This document shows positions 1-10,113 of a DNA stretch of 64,000 nt, piece by piece. Position numbers and translations under genes: made by a program. How positions within the stretch are numbered: position 1 is the first letter of the stretch; each line of letters opens with the position of its first letter. Under the pieces are notes generated by a model. That model was not told the DNA's origin. It made no database searches and saw only the letters and a program-made list of their open reading frames with translations. Source of the DNA: a virus (lineage: Duplodnaviria > Caudoviricetes); IMG/VR virus record IMGVR_UViG_2910903598_000004, positions 55,964 to 119,963 of that record; one strand, 5' to 3'.

Positions 1-242
1 GCCTCAGCAAGAAGCATATTTTCTCTTTCTTTAGAAAGGAAAGGAATCTGTATTTTGTGTTCTTCTCCTCTTGAATGGAGTAACTGATAGCTGCTACTAT
101 ATGGACTTATCGTTCCTGAGTAGTCTACAGTATGTCCTTTCTTAATTAAGATTTTTTTCACATCTTTGATCACTGAAGTCTGAATATCATACATTTCTCT
201 GATGATTTGAACGATTTCGCCATAAATTTTCTCTTTTATCAT
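1..242 (-). CDS. Hypothetical protein, N-terminal part (runs off window edge)
   Basis: ATG at 242 preceded by AAGGAG RBS; open frame MIKEKIYGEIVQIIREMYD... to position 1; not in the ORF track. Confidence 0.6.
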   Translation of the reverse strand, partial: MIKEKIYGEIVQIIREMYDIQTSVIKDVKKILIKKGHTVDYSGTISPYSSSYQLLHSRGEEHKIQIPFLSKERENMLLAE

Positions 243-256
243 GATTTTCTCCTTTT

Positions 257-1195
257 TTAACGGCTGCAACTGTATTTTCTACCAATCATATGTATTCCAA
301 TATGATTTTGATCGTAAAGTTCATGCAGAATTTTTTGATCATCATAAGTTAGCAAAATATCTGCACATCCTGGGAATTCTCTCAGTAATTCTGTAATCAA
401 TGCAGCTAATTCCTGATGCAAATGAAATTTTACTGGATACAAACAATCGCCTTTTTCAATGTAAGGCGGATCAATAAAGATACAATTATCTGGGCTCCAA
501 TACATTTCTTCGATCAGTTCCATTGCATTTTTATTTGTTACCTCAATCCGATCGCTCATAGAATGTATCTTTTCGATCCGTTTGATCAGAGTATCAGAAA
601 GCCAGCGATCTTCCATGTTGGATTTTGGATTTGCTGTTTGAATTCCAGAAAAACTACATCGATTGATCACAAGAAAGTAAAATGCACGATCAACTTCTGA
701 AATATTTGCTTTGAGCATTCGCTTTTGATACAGAAAATAGGATTCTCTACTTGGCTGATATTCTTTGATCCTTTGAATCAGCTCTTTATAATGATCACTG
801 CATACTATATTCCAAAATGCATACACGTTCGGATCCAGATCATTTAATATCAGTTTTTCAATCATTCCGGATTCTAAAAGTGAAAGTCCAAAACTAGCTC
901 CGCCACAGAAAGCTTCTACAAAATATTTCTTTCCTTTAAGATAAGGCAGCAGATGATCGATCATTTTCGATTTTCCACCTGGATATCTTAAAGGAGACAG
1001 CTGTTTCTTTAATTTTGATTTTTGGATGATCGGGCGATGATCTGATACTGGTTTTTCTAAGATGATATCTGTTTGACTGTAATCTTCTTTCCCTTCTTTA
1101 TAAAGGAATCCCTGACAGTCTGGACACCAGAATCCGAATTCACCTTCTTCAAATCCGTCTCCGTCATATCCGCAATATTCGCATTTTTTACTCAA
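257..1195 (-). CDS. dam: DNA adenine methyltransferase (Dam/D12-class N6-MTase) with N-terminal Zn-ribbon
   Basis: SPLRYPGGKS, VEAFCGG (SAM-binding), ILNDLD, FIDPPY catalytic motif; N-terminal CxxC...CxxC. Confidence 0.9.
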   Translation of the reverse strand: MSKKCEYCGYDGDGFEEGEFGFWCPDCQGFLYKEGKEDYSQTDIILEKPVSDHRPIIQKSKLKKQLSPLRYPGGKSKMIDHLLPYLKGKKYFVEAFCGGASFGLSLLESGMIEKLILNDLDPNVYAFWNIVCSDHYKELIQRIKEYQPSRESYFLYQKRMLKANISEVDRAFYFLVINRCSFSGIQTANPKSNMEDRWLSDTLIKRIEKIHSMSDRIEVTNKNAMELIEEMYWSPDNCIFIDPPYIEKGDCLYPVKFHLHQELAALITELLREFPGCADILLTYDDQKILHELYDQNHIGIHMIGRKYSCSR

Positions 1196-1215
1196 TGAAT
1201 TTCCTCCATCATATT

Positions 1216-1518
1216 TTATGATTCCATTACATCTCTAATTTCATCAAATGGACGTGCCTCATATTCAATATGGTATGTATCAAAAGAAGCATACGCATGA
1301 AACACCATAAAATCTTCTGTAATAGGTTCTTCGTATCTTCCAAGTTCATTAACGCTATTTGTACACTCATGACATATTTCTTGCGATAATTCTTTGTCCT
1401 CTTCAATTAACGATAAAAGATAACTCTTAATCTCTTCTTCTGTTGCAGCGAGCCGTTCAATAGAGAACTGACCGCTGCCATCATTCCACACTACTACTAA
1501 CCATTCTTTTTTTGCCAT
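1216..1518 (-). CDS. Small acidic hypothetical protein
   Basis: 100-aa ORF with GGAGG RBS, co-oriented with neighbours. Confidence 0.7.
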   Translation of the reverse strand: MAKKEWLVVVWNDGSGQFSIERLAATEEEIKSYLLSLIEEDKELSQEICHECTNSVNELGRYEEPITEDFMVFHAYASFDTYHIEYEARPFDEIRDVMES

Positions 1519-1601
1519 TCTTCTTTCCTCCTAATTTCAAAAGAACTATCACACTATTGCCATGCTTTTGATGACATCGGCACCGTATGATAGTTCAATT
1601 C

Positions 1602-1784
1602 TCATTTTTTTATTTCACAGGCAATATCACTTCTACTTCCACGAACAGAAAAACCTTCTGTATCATGTTTCAGAAGAATAGCCATAATCTGTTTTTCTTC
1701 TTCCTCGCTCAAAGAGAATCCTTCCCAATAAGAAAAATCATCTTCTCCGAATCTGGTAATGATTCCAAAAATGTTCTCACTCAT
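1602..1784 (-). CDS. Small hypothetical protein (likely start MSENIFG)
   Basis: GGAGG RBS upstream of the internal ATG; start overlaps the stop of the upstream gene. Confidence 0.55.
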   Translation of the reverse strand: MSENIFGIITRFGEDDFSYWEGFSLSEEEEKQIMAILLKHDTEGFSVRGSRSDIACEIKK

Positions 1785-2499
1785 TTTCTTTCCTCCTGAT
1801 TTTAATCTTAAAACCATCATGACAAAAACCATATTTGTTTGTCAGAGCGTCTGAAACATCATCCAGAAAATCCTCATTATAATCTAAATCATCGTCAGGA
1901 TCATATTTAGAAAAATTAATGTTAAGAACTGAAGCATAAATTTCATCAGGTAATCCTGCCATCACTCTAACATCATCCGGTGTAGACCAATTGATGTTTG
2001 TGATCATGATATCTTTCCATGATCTTTGCTTCTTTTTTTTCTTTACCCATTTTAATTCCATAAGATCGAATTGGTACAATTCACTAGGTCGTTCTGTTTC
2101 CTCATCTATATCGAGAAAATCAATGCACAGTAGGCAATCTGCAAAATTACCTTGTCGTTTTGGCACATCAAATACAAAATCGATGCCATACAATTGATCA
2201 ACATATCCTGATTCATGGATCAAATCTTCTGCTTTTTTTAAAAAATATGAAAAATTCGAATCTGTGACTTTCTTAAATGGCTTTATTGGCAAATTATCAT
2301 TTTTATATTTTGTATCTTCTTTTAAAGTATAATCAAAATATTTATTACCATTTTCATGGTAAACCGGTAATTTGTTAAGATGATATTTGATTACAAGATG
2401 TCTTGCGAGACTCAGAATATCATTATTCATCGCAGCTCCATCTTGAATAATCAGCTTTGTCTCATTTTCTGTAATTTCTAATTTCCAATTTTTAATCAT
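1777..2499 (-). CDS. Hypothetical protein
   Basis: 240-aa ORF with RBS; acidic C-terminal domain. Confidence 0.7.
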   Translation of the reverse strand: MIKNWKLEITENETKLIIQDGAAMNNDILSLARHLVIKYHLNKLPVYHENGNKYFDYTLKEDTKYKNDNLPIKPFKKVTDSNFSYFLKKAEDLIHESGYVDQLYGIDFVFDVPKRQGNFADCLLCIDFLDIDEETERPSELYQFDLMELKWVKKKKKQRSWKDIMITNINWSTPDDVRVMAGLPDEIYASVLNINFSKYDPDDDLDYNEDFLDDVSDALTNKYGFCHDGFKIKIRRKENE

Positions 2500-2512
2500 A
2501 ATTTCTTTCTCC

Positions 2513-2842
2513 TTATATGCAAATCATATGAATAATATCACTTTCTGGTATAGGCATTTCACGTTCATGGTGATCTAAATCTCTTTGACCAAATTCATCA
2601 ATGAAATCATCCTCAACCGCTGATCTCTTTGGTTTGTGATCATACTCGAAGATATAATCATCATCAATAAGATCATCATTATCGTTGACTCTTTGAACTT
2701 TTGCGTAGAATGTAGGGAATTCTTCATTTTCTTCTGCTTTTCCAATTACATACTTTACTTTTTCCGCTTTCCATTCCGTCTTCCATTCATCAAGCTTGAT
2801 GCACTTATACCCATCAATTTTAATTTGCTTTTCATTTTTCAT
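2513..2842 (-). CDS. Acidic hypothetical protein (likely start MKNEKQ)
   Basis: ORF with AAGGAAGGA RBS before the internal ATG. Confidence 0.65.
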   Translation of the reverse strand: MKNEKQIKIDGYKCIKLDEWKTEWKAEKVKYVIGKAEENEEFPTFYAKVQRVNDNDDLIDDDYIFEYDHKPKRSAVEDDFIDEFGQRDLDHHEREMPIPESDIIHMICI

Positions 2843-2856
2843 AATGTATTCCTTCC

Positions 2857-3336
2857 TTACCAATAATTTTGTCGTTTGACAATATCCTTGCAAATCATGC
2901 TTGCCAGAAAATCGTCATTTTCACATAACTCTTTCAAATTTTCTCTTATATCATCATAAGATTTTGAAAATTCTTCGTAAGCATAGTCAATTATTTCTAA
3001 TCGCTTTTCTAATGATTTGATAAACCTTTTTGTGCTTTCGATTTCTTCTGATACTTTTTGCTTAATTTCTTCCAAAGTATTTGGATTATCCTTATTACCA
3101 CAATCAATATAATTTCTAAAATATTGATTTTTGGTAAATTTTGTATCAACTTCAAGAATGTATCCTCGAAAAGATTCTTTCCTTTTATATGTTGCATTGG
3201 TGAAATTTTTTGACATGCTTTTAAAAGGGGTTCCATCTTTTTTCGTTAAATATGTGACATTTTCCCATGCTTCCAGTCTTGCTTTATTTTCTTCAATATA
3301 ATCTTTCAAATCTCTTTTAATACTATTCAAACTCAT
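2857..3336 (-). CDS. Hypothetical protein
   Basis: 159-aa ORF in operon. Confidence 0.7.
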   Translation of the reverse strand: MSLNSIKRDLKDYIEENKARLEAWENVTYLTKKDGTPFKSMSKNFTNATYKRKESFRGYILEVDTKFTKNQYFRNYIDCGNKDNPNTLEEIKQKVSEEIESTKRFIKSLEKRLEIIDYAYEEFSKSYDDIRENLKELCENDDFLASMICKDIVKRQNYW

Positions 3337-3466
3337 ATTTATTGCCTGCCTTTCCTATGATTTTTTAATTTCAGTACGATAAAATTCTTTGATATATAAA
3401 AAGTACAAAAACAAATAATAATTTTTCATCTGTTTTTGTACCATATTAATATAATATATATCAAAA

Positions 3467-3706
3467 TTAAGCAGTTACAATCTGCCAAACATGAACCTCT
3501 TCTCCATTAATATAGAGAATAGCTTCTTCATTATCGCAGTGTGATGATTTCATCCATTCCGGATCAATACCGTTTGAAAACATTTCTTGATACTCAATCT
3601 TTCGTTCATATTCAAAATTAAGTTGCTTACAGGCTTCTTCTTTGGTGTTATATTTTCCAACAACATCAATAGAACATCCGTCTGTATGAATTAATAAAAC
3701 TTTCAT
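3467..3706 (-). CDS. Small hypothetical protein
   Basis: 79-aa ORF, translationally coupled (TAATG) with upstream ORF. Confidence 0.65.
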   Translation of the reverse strand: MKVLLIHTDGCSIDVVGKYNTKEEACKQLNFEYERKIEYQEMFSNGIDPEWMKSSHCDNEEAILYINGEEVHVWQIVTA

Positions 3707-3939
3707 TAATTCATCTCCTTTCCTGATGAATTTACATATTCTTTATAAAATTTCATCAATTCATCTTCTGGCATCTGTTCAAGAGTTTCTTCAACTTTTG
3801 CATATAAATCCTCTTGATCATCATCTGGGCGATTCTCACCAAAAAAATCAAAATAAACATAGTCACTGTTCATGCACTCCTGAATCATAGTGCATTTCAG
3901 GCTAATTAACATTTTATCAGTGAATTTTAATTTACACAT
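3706..3939 (-). CDS. Small acidic hypothetical protein (likely start MCKLKF)
   Basis: GAAAGGAGG RBS; the longer track ORF runs into the non-coding leader repeat. Confidence 0.6.
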   Translation of the reverse strand: MCKLKFTDKMLISLKCTMIQECMNSDYVYFDFFGENRPDDDQEDLYAKVEETLEQMPEDELMKFYKEYVNSSGKEMN

Positions 3940-3949
3940 TTTGTATTTC

Positions 3950-4168
3950 CTCCTTTCTTTTGTAAAAATAAAAATGGACATAAAAAGAAGCAGATACAAA
4001 ATATCTACTTAAATTTATGCCCAAATGATTGGTTATGAAATTTCTATTGATTTTTTATCCTAAAAAAAGTTCAGAGTTTTTCCGTTAAAACTCCAAAGTC
4101 TAATAAAAAATACATTAGTATTATATCATATTCAGAAAAAATTATAAAGATTTTGTCGCAAAAAAAAA
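3950..4168 (-). promoter_or_regulatory. Repeated operon leader, copy 1: extended -10 promoter (TGATATAAT) + hairpin + terminator-like stem before the RBS
   Basis: Near-identical to 10716-10932; TGnTATAAT at ~4120-4128; GGGCATAAA...TTTATGTCC stem followed by T-rich run, then GAAAGGAGG. Confidence 0.75.
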
Positions 4169-4200
4169 GAAGCAGACACATAAAATATGTATCTGCTCCA
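4160..4200 (-). terminator. Rho-independent terminator
   Basis: AGCAGATACAT...ATGTGTCTGCT stem followed by T-run on minus strand, downstream of 4259..5146. Confidence 0.65.
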
Positions 4201-4258
4201 AAAATTAATTTCTAGCTATTCTCATTCAAGACAAAATCTTCTCCATATAATGGTGGCA

Positions 4259-5146
4259 TTACTTTCGAGTTAGAATATAACATTCATCATTTGAATTTTT
4301 TATTATTCCAGTTTCAACATTGTATTTTTCATGTTCTGCTATTCTCATTATATCAACAAAATCAAGATTGCATATTAATGCTTTCCTTTTAGAAATACAA
4401 AATTCATTTGCTTTTATTGAGTAAATTCCTAATACATTTGCAATCTTTCTTAAATCACTGCCATCCATGGAATCAGTTAATTTAATATATGGAACACCAG
4501 AAGCATCATAATATAAACTATTGAAAATTTTCATATGATGAAATATATCTCCAATACTACAACCTACGTGATATATTTCTTCGCAAGAATACTGATCGAT
4601 CAATTCGACATCATTACATTTTGAGTATTGATCATATAATAATTTAACCATATATCCCTCATTTAACAATTCCATTACTATATGGTGGAATGGATAATTT
4701 GAAGAAATTGAATTATGCTGACTTTTTATCCAGTTCTCGATCACTGCTTTGGGAGCATCTGTTTTAAAAATGATAGATTCTTTCTCATCATTGCCAGAAT
4801 CTGAAAGATATACTTGAATAGCTCTTGGTTCTGCTTTCAAAATATTTTCTTCCATCACTTTTTTGCTTTCTACTAGATAATCTTCAAATTTTTCATCTGT
4901 AATTAAATAAAATAATGATTCAAAATCGTCCTTATTTTCTACTTCAAGATACAATTTTAATATATCATCAGAAATTCCACTAACTTGAAAGTCTGCTGCT
5001 TCCATAATATCTGCTAAAATCGTATCTGCATCATGAATCATCCCATCTGGCTGTTTTGTCGATAAATCCAAAACCTGTTCTGCTAATTCCTTTACCGTTC
5101 CTTCAAAGTCTGTAGGCTCTTTAATGTTTCCTAATTCTTTTCTCAT
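4259..5146 (-). CDS. Hypothetical protein; shares an LSDS...IF(K/E)T(D/N)AP domain with 8443..8763
   Basis: 295-aa ORF with RBS; motif similarity by eye. Confidence 0.7.
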   Translation of the reverse strand: MRKELGNIKEPTDFEGTVKELAEQVLDLSTKQPDGMIHDADTILADIMEAADFQVSGISDDILKLYLEVENKDDFESLFYLITDEKFEDYLVESKKVMEENILKAEPRAIQVYLSDSGNDEKESIIFKTDAPKAVIENWIKSQHNSISSNYPFHHIVMELLNEGYMVKLLYDQYSKCNDVELIDQYSCEEIYHVGCSIGDIFHHMKIFNSLYYDASGVPYIKLTDSMDGSDLRKIANVLGIYSIKANEFCISKRKALICNLDFVDIMRIAEHEKYNVETGIIKNSNDECYILTRK

Positions 5147-5184
5147 GATTTTTCTCCTTTTTTATAAAATTCTCAGCTGCGTAT

Positions 5185-5214
5185 CCACATACCTTTAGGT
5201 GGTGGGTAGTTCAT
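5185..5214 (+). mobile_element. IS200/IS605-family end remnant (subterminal palindrome)
   Basis: CCACATACCTTTAGGTGGTGGGTAGTTCA resembles the CCCAC..CTTTAG..GTGGGTAGTTCAC right-end hairpin of Firmicutes IS605/TnpB elements; no tnpA/tnpB nearby. Confidence 0.55.
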
Positions 5215-5222
5215 AAAATTTG

Positions 5223-6686
5223 TTACAGTTCTTTGATTGAGATTCTTGGAATCCAGTCTTCTTCTACCGCTTTAATCTTGTCCTTTGGGACACAAGACAG
5301 TAAAGCTGAATCTTTCGCTAATGCCATGTCAATGATCCAAAAATCTTCTCCATTCTGCATCACATCAATGGACCACTGCCCTCTTAAATCTAAAAATGGT
5401 AACAGTTTCATGATCTCTCTTTGAACTTTCTCTTTGTTCTTCTCGTATCGTTCCATTAATGTTTTCTCATGTGCTGCATAGATCACATAGTCATGCACCA
5501 TATCTGGATTATTTGCATCCGCTTCTTTTCCAAATCGCTTTTTCATGACATCCGGATCCCAGTATGGATTGATCCCTAACACTTCTTTTGTATCTGCATC
5601 AATAAATACACGATATTCTGTATGTAGTGGTAATCCTTTGTAGATACATGGATTGTTTTCTTTATCCTTAATGAATTCTCTAACGACCCACTCATTTGTT
5701 GTTGCTGCACCATATATACTTGGCTGGTTTCTTCCAGAAAGATCATAGTGTGCAAAACAACTTGCCTGAAAACTGATGAATAGTAAATATTCTCCGATCT
5801 CTTTGACTTCTTTTGCGTCATGAATATAAGCATTCCGAAAATCAAATTTAGAAGAAAAAACACCAGTTTTGATAAAGTATTCTTTCGTTTCGTCTAATTC
5901 AAAAGCTTTCTGGCAAAATTGATCAATGATCTGAAAAGTCGTAGATGACAATTCTGTATATTCCATTCAACTCATTTGTAATACCGGCAATGGAACTTTC
6001 ATGATCTTTGTCTTTGGCAGCTGAAAGAAATCAGAATAAAAAATCGCATTTACTAATCGTGGAAACCAGTTTCCTATGGAATTCTGACAACGATCTAAAA
6101 TTGCATAGCTGATTCCATCCAGATCTAACATATCTAATCCCTGACGAAAATGGTCATAAAGAAACCTTTTTTTTCGTGGATCTTTTGTATTCAGATACTG
6201 CTGATATTGCTCTAACAATGCATCTCCCGTACCATCAGAAAGACTTTTTTTAACATATCGTCCAGTCAGATCAGGTCTTAACTCTTTTGGCAGCTCATTG
6301 ATTTCTTCAAGTGTTACTTCTGAGTTTTCTGGAACTTTAACTGTTCTCGTTTGATTGCAAGAATAGATATTTCCATATGTAAATCCTGGTTTTCCGTCAT
6401 ATTCATAAATGAGGGCTTGATCTAAAAGCTCATTCACGATCCGGTCAATCAAATCTTGAACTTTTCCTTTCCCATGTACATCCTGTTTTGGATTTAAACT
6501 TGCAGCCTGCTTTGCATTGACTTTGAAAAGGTTGTCGCTGATCGGCTCATTCATGGAATGTAGCTGATAGGATTTTTCAAATGCCTTTAAGGCTTCTGGT
6601 GTAACCCTTAACATTTCTGCGAGTTTTTCTTTGGACATAATTGCTTTTTTCATATCTTTATTAAAAATATTTGATAAATCTAACAT
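5223..6686 (-). pseudogene. ATP-grasp-like protein split by a single in-frame TGA (5967-5969)
   Basis: ORFs 5967..6710 and 5223..5966 are in frame, joined as ...CAA ATG AGT TGA ATG GAA...; C-half has EWVVREFI, EYRVF, WSIDVM..FWIIDM ATP-grasp-like motifs; a deleted paralog at 56084-56262 joins the same N- and C-termini. Confidence 0.7.
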
Positions 6687-6699
6687 AAATTTTCTCCTT

Positions 6700-7704
6700 T
6701 TATTTTTCAAATCTGATTTCCATAGCTTTTGCTAATGCATAGCCAAACTCCTGATTTGCACCTGGACTTGTTTCCCATCCTTTTAACATGTAAATGATGT
6801 CACAATCCTTTAACAACTGAAAAGATAATCTCATGTAATCTTCATAAGAAGCGTTTTCTAATTTTGTCCCTTCATATGCAGGATTTACAACTTCATATCC
6901 TTGTGCCAAAAGTTCTCTCGCTGCTACATCAAATCGTTCCTGATAATCTTCTGTTTTTGTAATCTTTCCAGAGATATAGACTTTCCGGTTCTTCTTGCTA
7001 AAATCAACCGTATGTAAAATATCAAACAGTTTTTTTATTTCTGGACTGCAATCTGTAAATAAATCCATTGGAGACGTTTCAATTAGCTTTACATCCTTAT
7101 CATACTTATCCGCGTATTTTTGCAGATAACGTACGCCATCTTTGTAAGTTAAGAAAAAGATCCCTGGACGCTGATATAATTCTTTTATGTAATATCTTAA
7201 TTCTGCATGATGATATGTATATCCCATAACCCATTCTACAATTGCAAGCAATCCATTCTTTTGGATTTTTTCTAATGATCCTTCCCATAACATAGTTTTG
7301 CCTATATCGTTTTTTCCATGAATCAAGACCTTATAATTGTTAATCAACTCTACCTGATACTTTTCTTCGAGTGAATTATCCTTAATAATACTCTGAATCG
7401 TTTGATATAATTGCTGCGGAGTTGTTATATTGATACAATCAATACATAAATCTGCTCCATCAGCAATCTGATTTAGATATTCTACTGCATCCGGATCATT
7501 TCTAAGATCAGTCTCAACATTGTCGAGATAATTTTTGATTGGTTCTTGAATAACCCAGATACGTGGATAAGTCAGCATGTCGGAATGTTGGGTATTCATT
7601 TCTTTCTGCAGTTCATACAAAAAATCCAATTCTTCATCTGTGATACGATGCTTTGCATATGGATCAGTATGATGTGGATATTGTGTAAATTCTTTCTTTA
7701 ACAT
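6700..7704 (-). CDS. Hypothetical protein with C-terminal DUF4406-like (nucleoside deoxyribosyltransferase-like) domain
   Basis: KVYISGKIT...VVNPA...YEDYMR...CDIIYMLKGWETSPGANQE. Confidence 0.75.
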   Translation of the reverse strand: MLKKEFTQYPHHTDPYAKHRITDEELDFLYELQKEMNTQHSDMLTYPRIWVIQEPIKNYLDNVETDLRNDPDAVEYLNQIADGADLCIDCINITTPQQLYQTIQSIIKDNSLEEKYQVELINNYKVLIHGKNDIGKTMLWEGSLEKIQKNGLLAIVEWVMGYTYHHAELRYYIKELYQRPGIFFLTYKDGVRYLQKYADKYDKDVKLIETSPMDLFTDCSPEIKKLFDILHTVDFSKKNRKVYISGKITKTEDYQERFDVAARELLAQGYEVVNPAYEGTKLENASYEDYMRLSFQLLKDCDIIYMLKGWETSPGANQEFGYALAKAMEIRFEK

Positions 7705-7718
7705 AATTTTTTCTCCTT

Positions 7719-7985
7719 TTAAAATTCTTGAGATGGTTTAGTCTGATATGGATTTGCTGCTTTTGCTCTTTCCTTTATAATTTTAGAAAGAGTCGTATCA
7801 TCAATATTTCCATACTGACTTATATCTCTTGCGATCATTAAGTCACTCTTAATTTCGTGATATAAATTGTCTCCATCGTACTTGTCTCTAGCATAATATA
7901 ATACATTGCAAAGTTTGACTAATTCATCAGAACTTAGAGTAACTGTTACTTCTCTGTCATTTTTTGATATATTTTGAATATTCAT
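7719..7985 (-). CDS. Hypothetical protein; probable paralog of 61887..62294
   Basis: 88-aa ORF; shared V.(L/M)S..E...L.N..Y and RD....G.I pattern. Confidence 0.65.
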   Translation of the reverse strand: MNIQNISKNDREVTVTLSSDELVKLCNVLYYARDKYDGDNLYHEIKSDLMIARDISQYGNIDDTTLSKIIKERAKAANPYQTKPSQEF

Positions 7986-7986
7986 T

Positions 7987-8051
7987 GTAAATAAGCAAAA
8001 ATCCCCAAACCTCTAAGGTCGGGGATAAATTTGCTCTCGCTATTAAGCGAG
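7987..8051. mobile_element. IS200/IS605-like palindromic end remnant (PATE-like) between RBS and start codon
   Basis: Minus strand GCAAATTTATCCCCGACCTTAGAGGTTTGGGGATTTTTGC hairpin resembles IS200/IS605 ends; the RBS GAAAGGAGG lies ~65 nt from the ATG at 7985. Confidence 0.45.
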
Positions 8052-8087
8052 CCTCCTTTCTATAAAATGTAATTTTTACTGTCAATC

Positions 8088-8399
8088 TCAACTTTTTGCA
8101 ACTAACACTGCTTTTGTTGTCTGACTATAATATCGTTCCTCTACTTGTTGAGTAATCTTTTTAACAGCTTCTTCCATCATTTCAGCAGTATCATCATTTG
8201 TTGTATTCAAGATATATTCAAATTCATCGACTACCATATCGAAGTCATCATCTGTCATTTTATTATAAACATCTTTTGAGGCGAATCTCTCTATCATAAG
8301 TTTTCCTTCTTCAATATGTTCTTGGCGATGTAATTCACGAATCACATCTTCCGTTAAAACAACAGTTTTCCCATTTACTTCTAACTTTCTTATTATCAT
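8088..8399 (-). CDS. Small acidic hypothetical protein
   Basis: 103-aa ORF with RBS. Confidence 0.7.
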   Translation of the reverse strand: MIIRKLEVNGKTVVLTEDVIRELHRQEHIEEGKLMIERFASKDVYNKMTDDDFDMVVDEFEYILNTTNDDTAEMMEEAVKKITQQVEERYYSQTTKAVLVAKS

Positions 8400-8442
8400 G
8401 ATTTTCTCCTTCTTATTTTTATACCTAGAAACCTACAACTCT

Positions 8443-8763
8443 TTAGTTAATTGACTCAGGCTTAAGTTTATCAATATAATAAAATTCTTTAATATTTTGA
8501 TAATTTTCCTGCTGCCATTCTTCTGATGTTCCGTATGGGGTTACATGCTGTTCAGAATCAATATATCTACATAAATATCCCTCAAATTCTAACGTATAAG
8601 ACCAATTTGGAATTTCATCATAAGCTTCTTCCGTAAATAATGCACAACTTTCTTTTTCCAGCTCTTTTAGACGTTTGGAAGGTGCGTTTGTTTCAAAAAT
8701 AACTAATTCTCCATCCATCTCTGGACTATCAGATAGTGCAATCAGACGTGTTTTATCTTTCAT
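8443..8763 (-). CDS. Small acidic hypothetical protein
   Basis: 106-aa ORF with RBS; domain shared with 4259..5146. Confidence 0.7.
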   Translation of the reverse strand: MKDKTRLIALSDSPEMDGELVIFETNAPSKRLKELEKESCALFTEEAYDEIPNWSYTLEFEGYLCRYIDSEQHVTPYGTSEEWQQENYQNIKEFYYIDKLKPESIN

Positions 8764-8822
8764 TTAATTTTATTCCTTTCTAATTCAAATCAGCTAAGAC
8801 TCGTGAAAAGCTTATTACATTA

Positions 8823-9638
8823 TCATTTTTCAGTTCTCTCTAAATAGTTTTGTAATTCATGTAATTGAGACAGCGAAAAGTCCTTTTCACGAAGCCCTCT
8901 CGAATGAATCTCTAATATTAATTTTGTTTTCTCAATATACTTTTCAGCATCTTCTCTTGAAGTGCATAGGACTCTATTTCCATAATCGGCTTCTTTAATA
9001 CCAAATTCTGTATCTCTTTCACCATCTAACATAAAGTTTAGCAAGTTGTCTATCCGTTCTGATGCAACTTCTACTTTGACATTTTTCTGGTTTTTCTCAC
9101 GAATCATACCTTCAAGGATTTCATAAGCAGGTCTGTCACAAGAGCGAAGATAAAGTTCGCTAAGATATGTATTATCAGAAACAAGCCATACATGTTGTCC
9201 ATTATAGAAGTTTTTCTCAACTTTTTTTCTCTGATCACGTTTTGGAAAATCATATTTTTCAAAAACTGCCTTATAACCAAGACTTTTCCAGTAATTGATC
9301 ATATCTTGTTGAATTGTTGAAAGTTTGTACCAAAGTATATAATCTAATTCCATTTCAAAAGATTCATATGTGGATATACTATAATAAATCTTTTTATCCT
9401 CTAAATCAAAACTTGATCCTCCAATAATAATTTCAGGAAAATTTTTAATATCCATTTTCAATGGATGGATATTATAAGCTTCTTTTAGTAATTCCCAGTC
9501 TTTTAAATTATTGACTTTGAAATATGTGTAATTAGAAATATCATTTGAATTGGTAATCATTGGAACCAAATGAAAATCTTTAATGATTAATTGGTCTGCT
9601 AATTTTTTCTTCTCTATTTTTTCCTTGTAAATTCTCAT
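8823..9638 (-). CDS. Hypothetical protein
   Basis: 271-aa ORF with RBS. Confidence 0.7.
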   Translation of the reverse strand: MRIYKEKIEKKKLADQLIIKDFHLVPMITNSNDISNYTYFKVNNLKDWELLKEAYNIHPLKMDIKNFPEIIIGGSSFDLEDKKIYYSISTYESFEMELDYILWYKLSTIQQDMINYWKSLGYKAVFEKYDFPKRDQRKKVEKNFYNGQHVWLVSDNTYLSELYLRSCDRPAYEILEGMIREKNQKNVKVEVASERIDNLLNFMLDGERDTEFGIKEADYGNRVLCTSREDAEKYIEKTKLILEIHSRGLREKDFSLSQLHELQNYLERTEK

Positions 9639-9705
9639 AACATTCTTCCTTTATTAAATAAAATAATTCAAAAACTAGGCAGTAATTTTTGCCCGTAAAT
9701 TTCAC

Positions 9706-10113
9706 TCATACGATTAATTCTAGTTTTTCTCCAAATACGTCTCCATGAGGCAATTTGCCAAGTTCTTCATTCTGACTGATCCGGTACCAGTCTATTCGAT
9801 CTTTGAAACAACTTGTTAGAAATTCTGAGAAATTCCCATGAAAATCATCCTCAAAATCGGATAAATCTGGTTCTGCAACTGTTCCAGAAATATATGTTGC
9901 TCCATGTCCATCTACAAATTTTTGAATATTTGTCAGATAAACAACATCGTCTCCATTGATCGTTTTTACAAGTTTCGCATAGATTTCCAGCAGCTCTGCT
10001 TTCTTCGCATGAACAGGAAATTCGAAATGTAACAGATTTAACTCGACATCACCGCATGTATAATTATGCCATACAGTTTCAAAAATTTTTTCATACGTAT
10101 TAACAAGATTCAT
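9706..10113 (-). CDS. Hypothetical protein
   Basis: 135-aa ORF, ATGA overlap with upstream gene. Confidence 0.7.
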   Translation of the reverse strand: MNLVNTYEKIFETVWHNYTCGDVELNLLHFEFPVHAKKAELLEIYAKLVKTINGDDVVYLTNIQKFVDGHGATYISGTVAEPDLSDFEDDFHGNFSEFLTSCFKDRIDWYRISQNEELGKLPHGDVFGEKLELIV

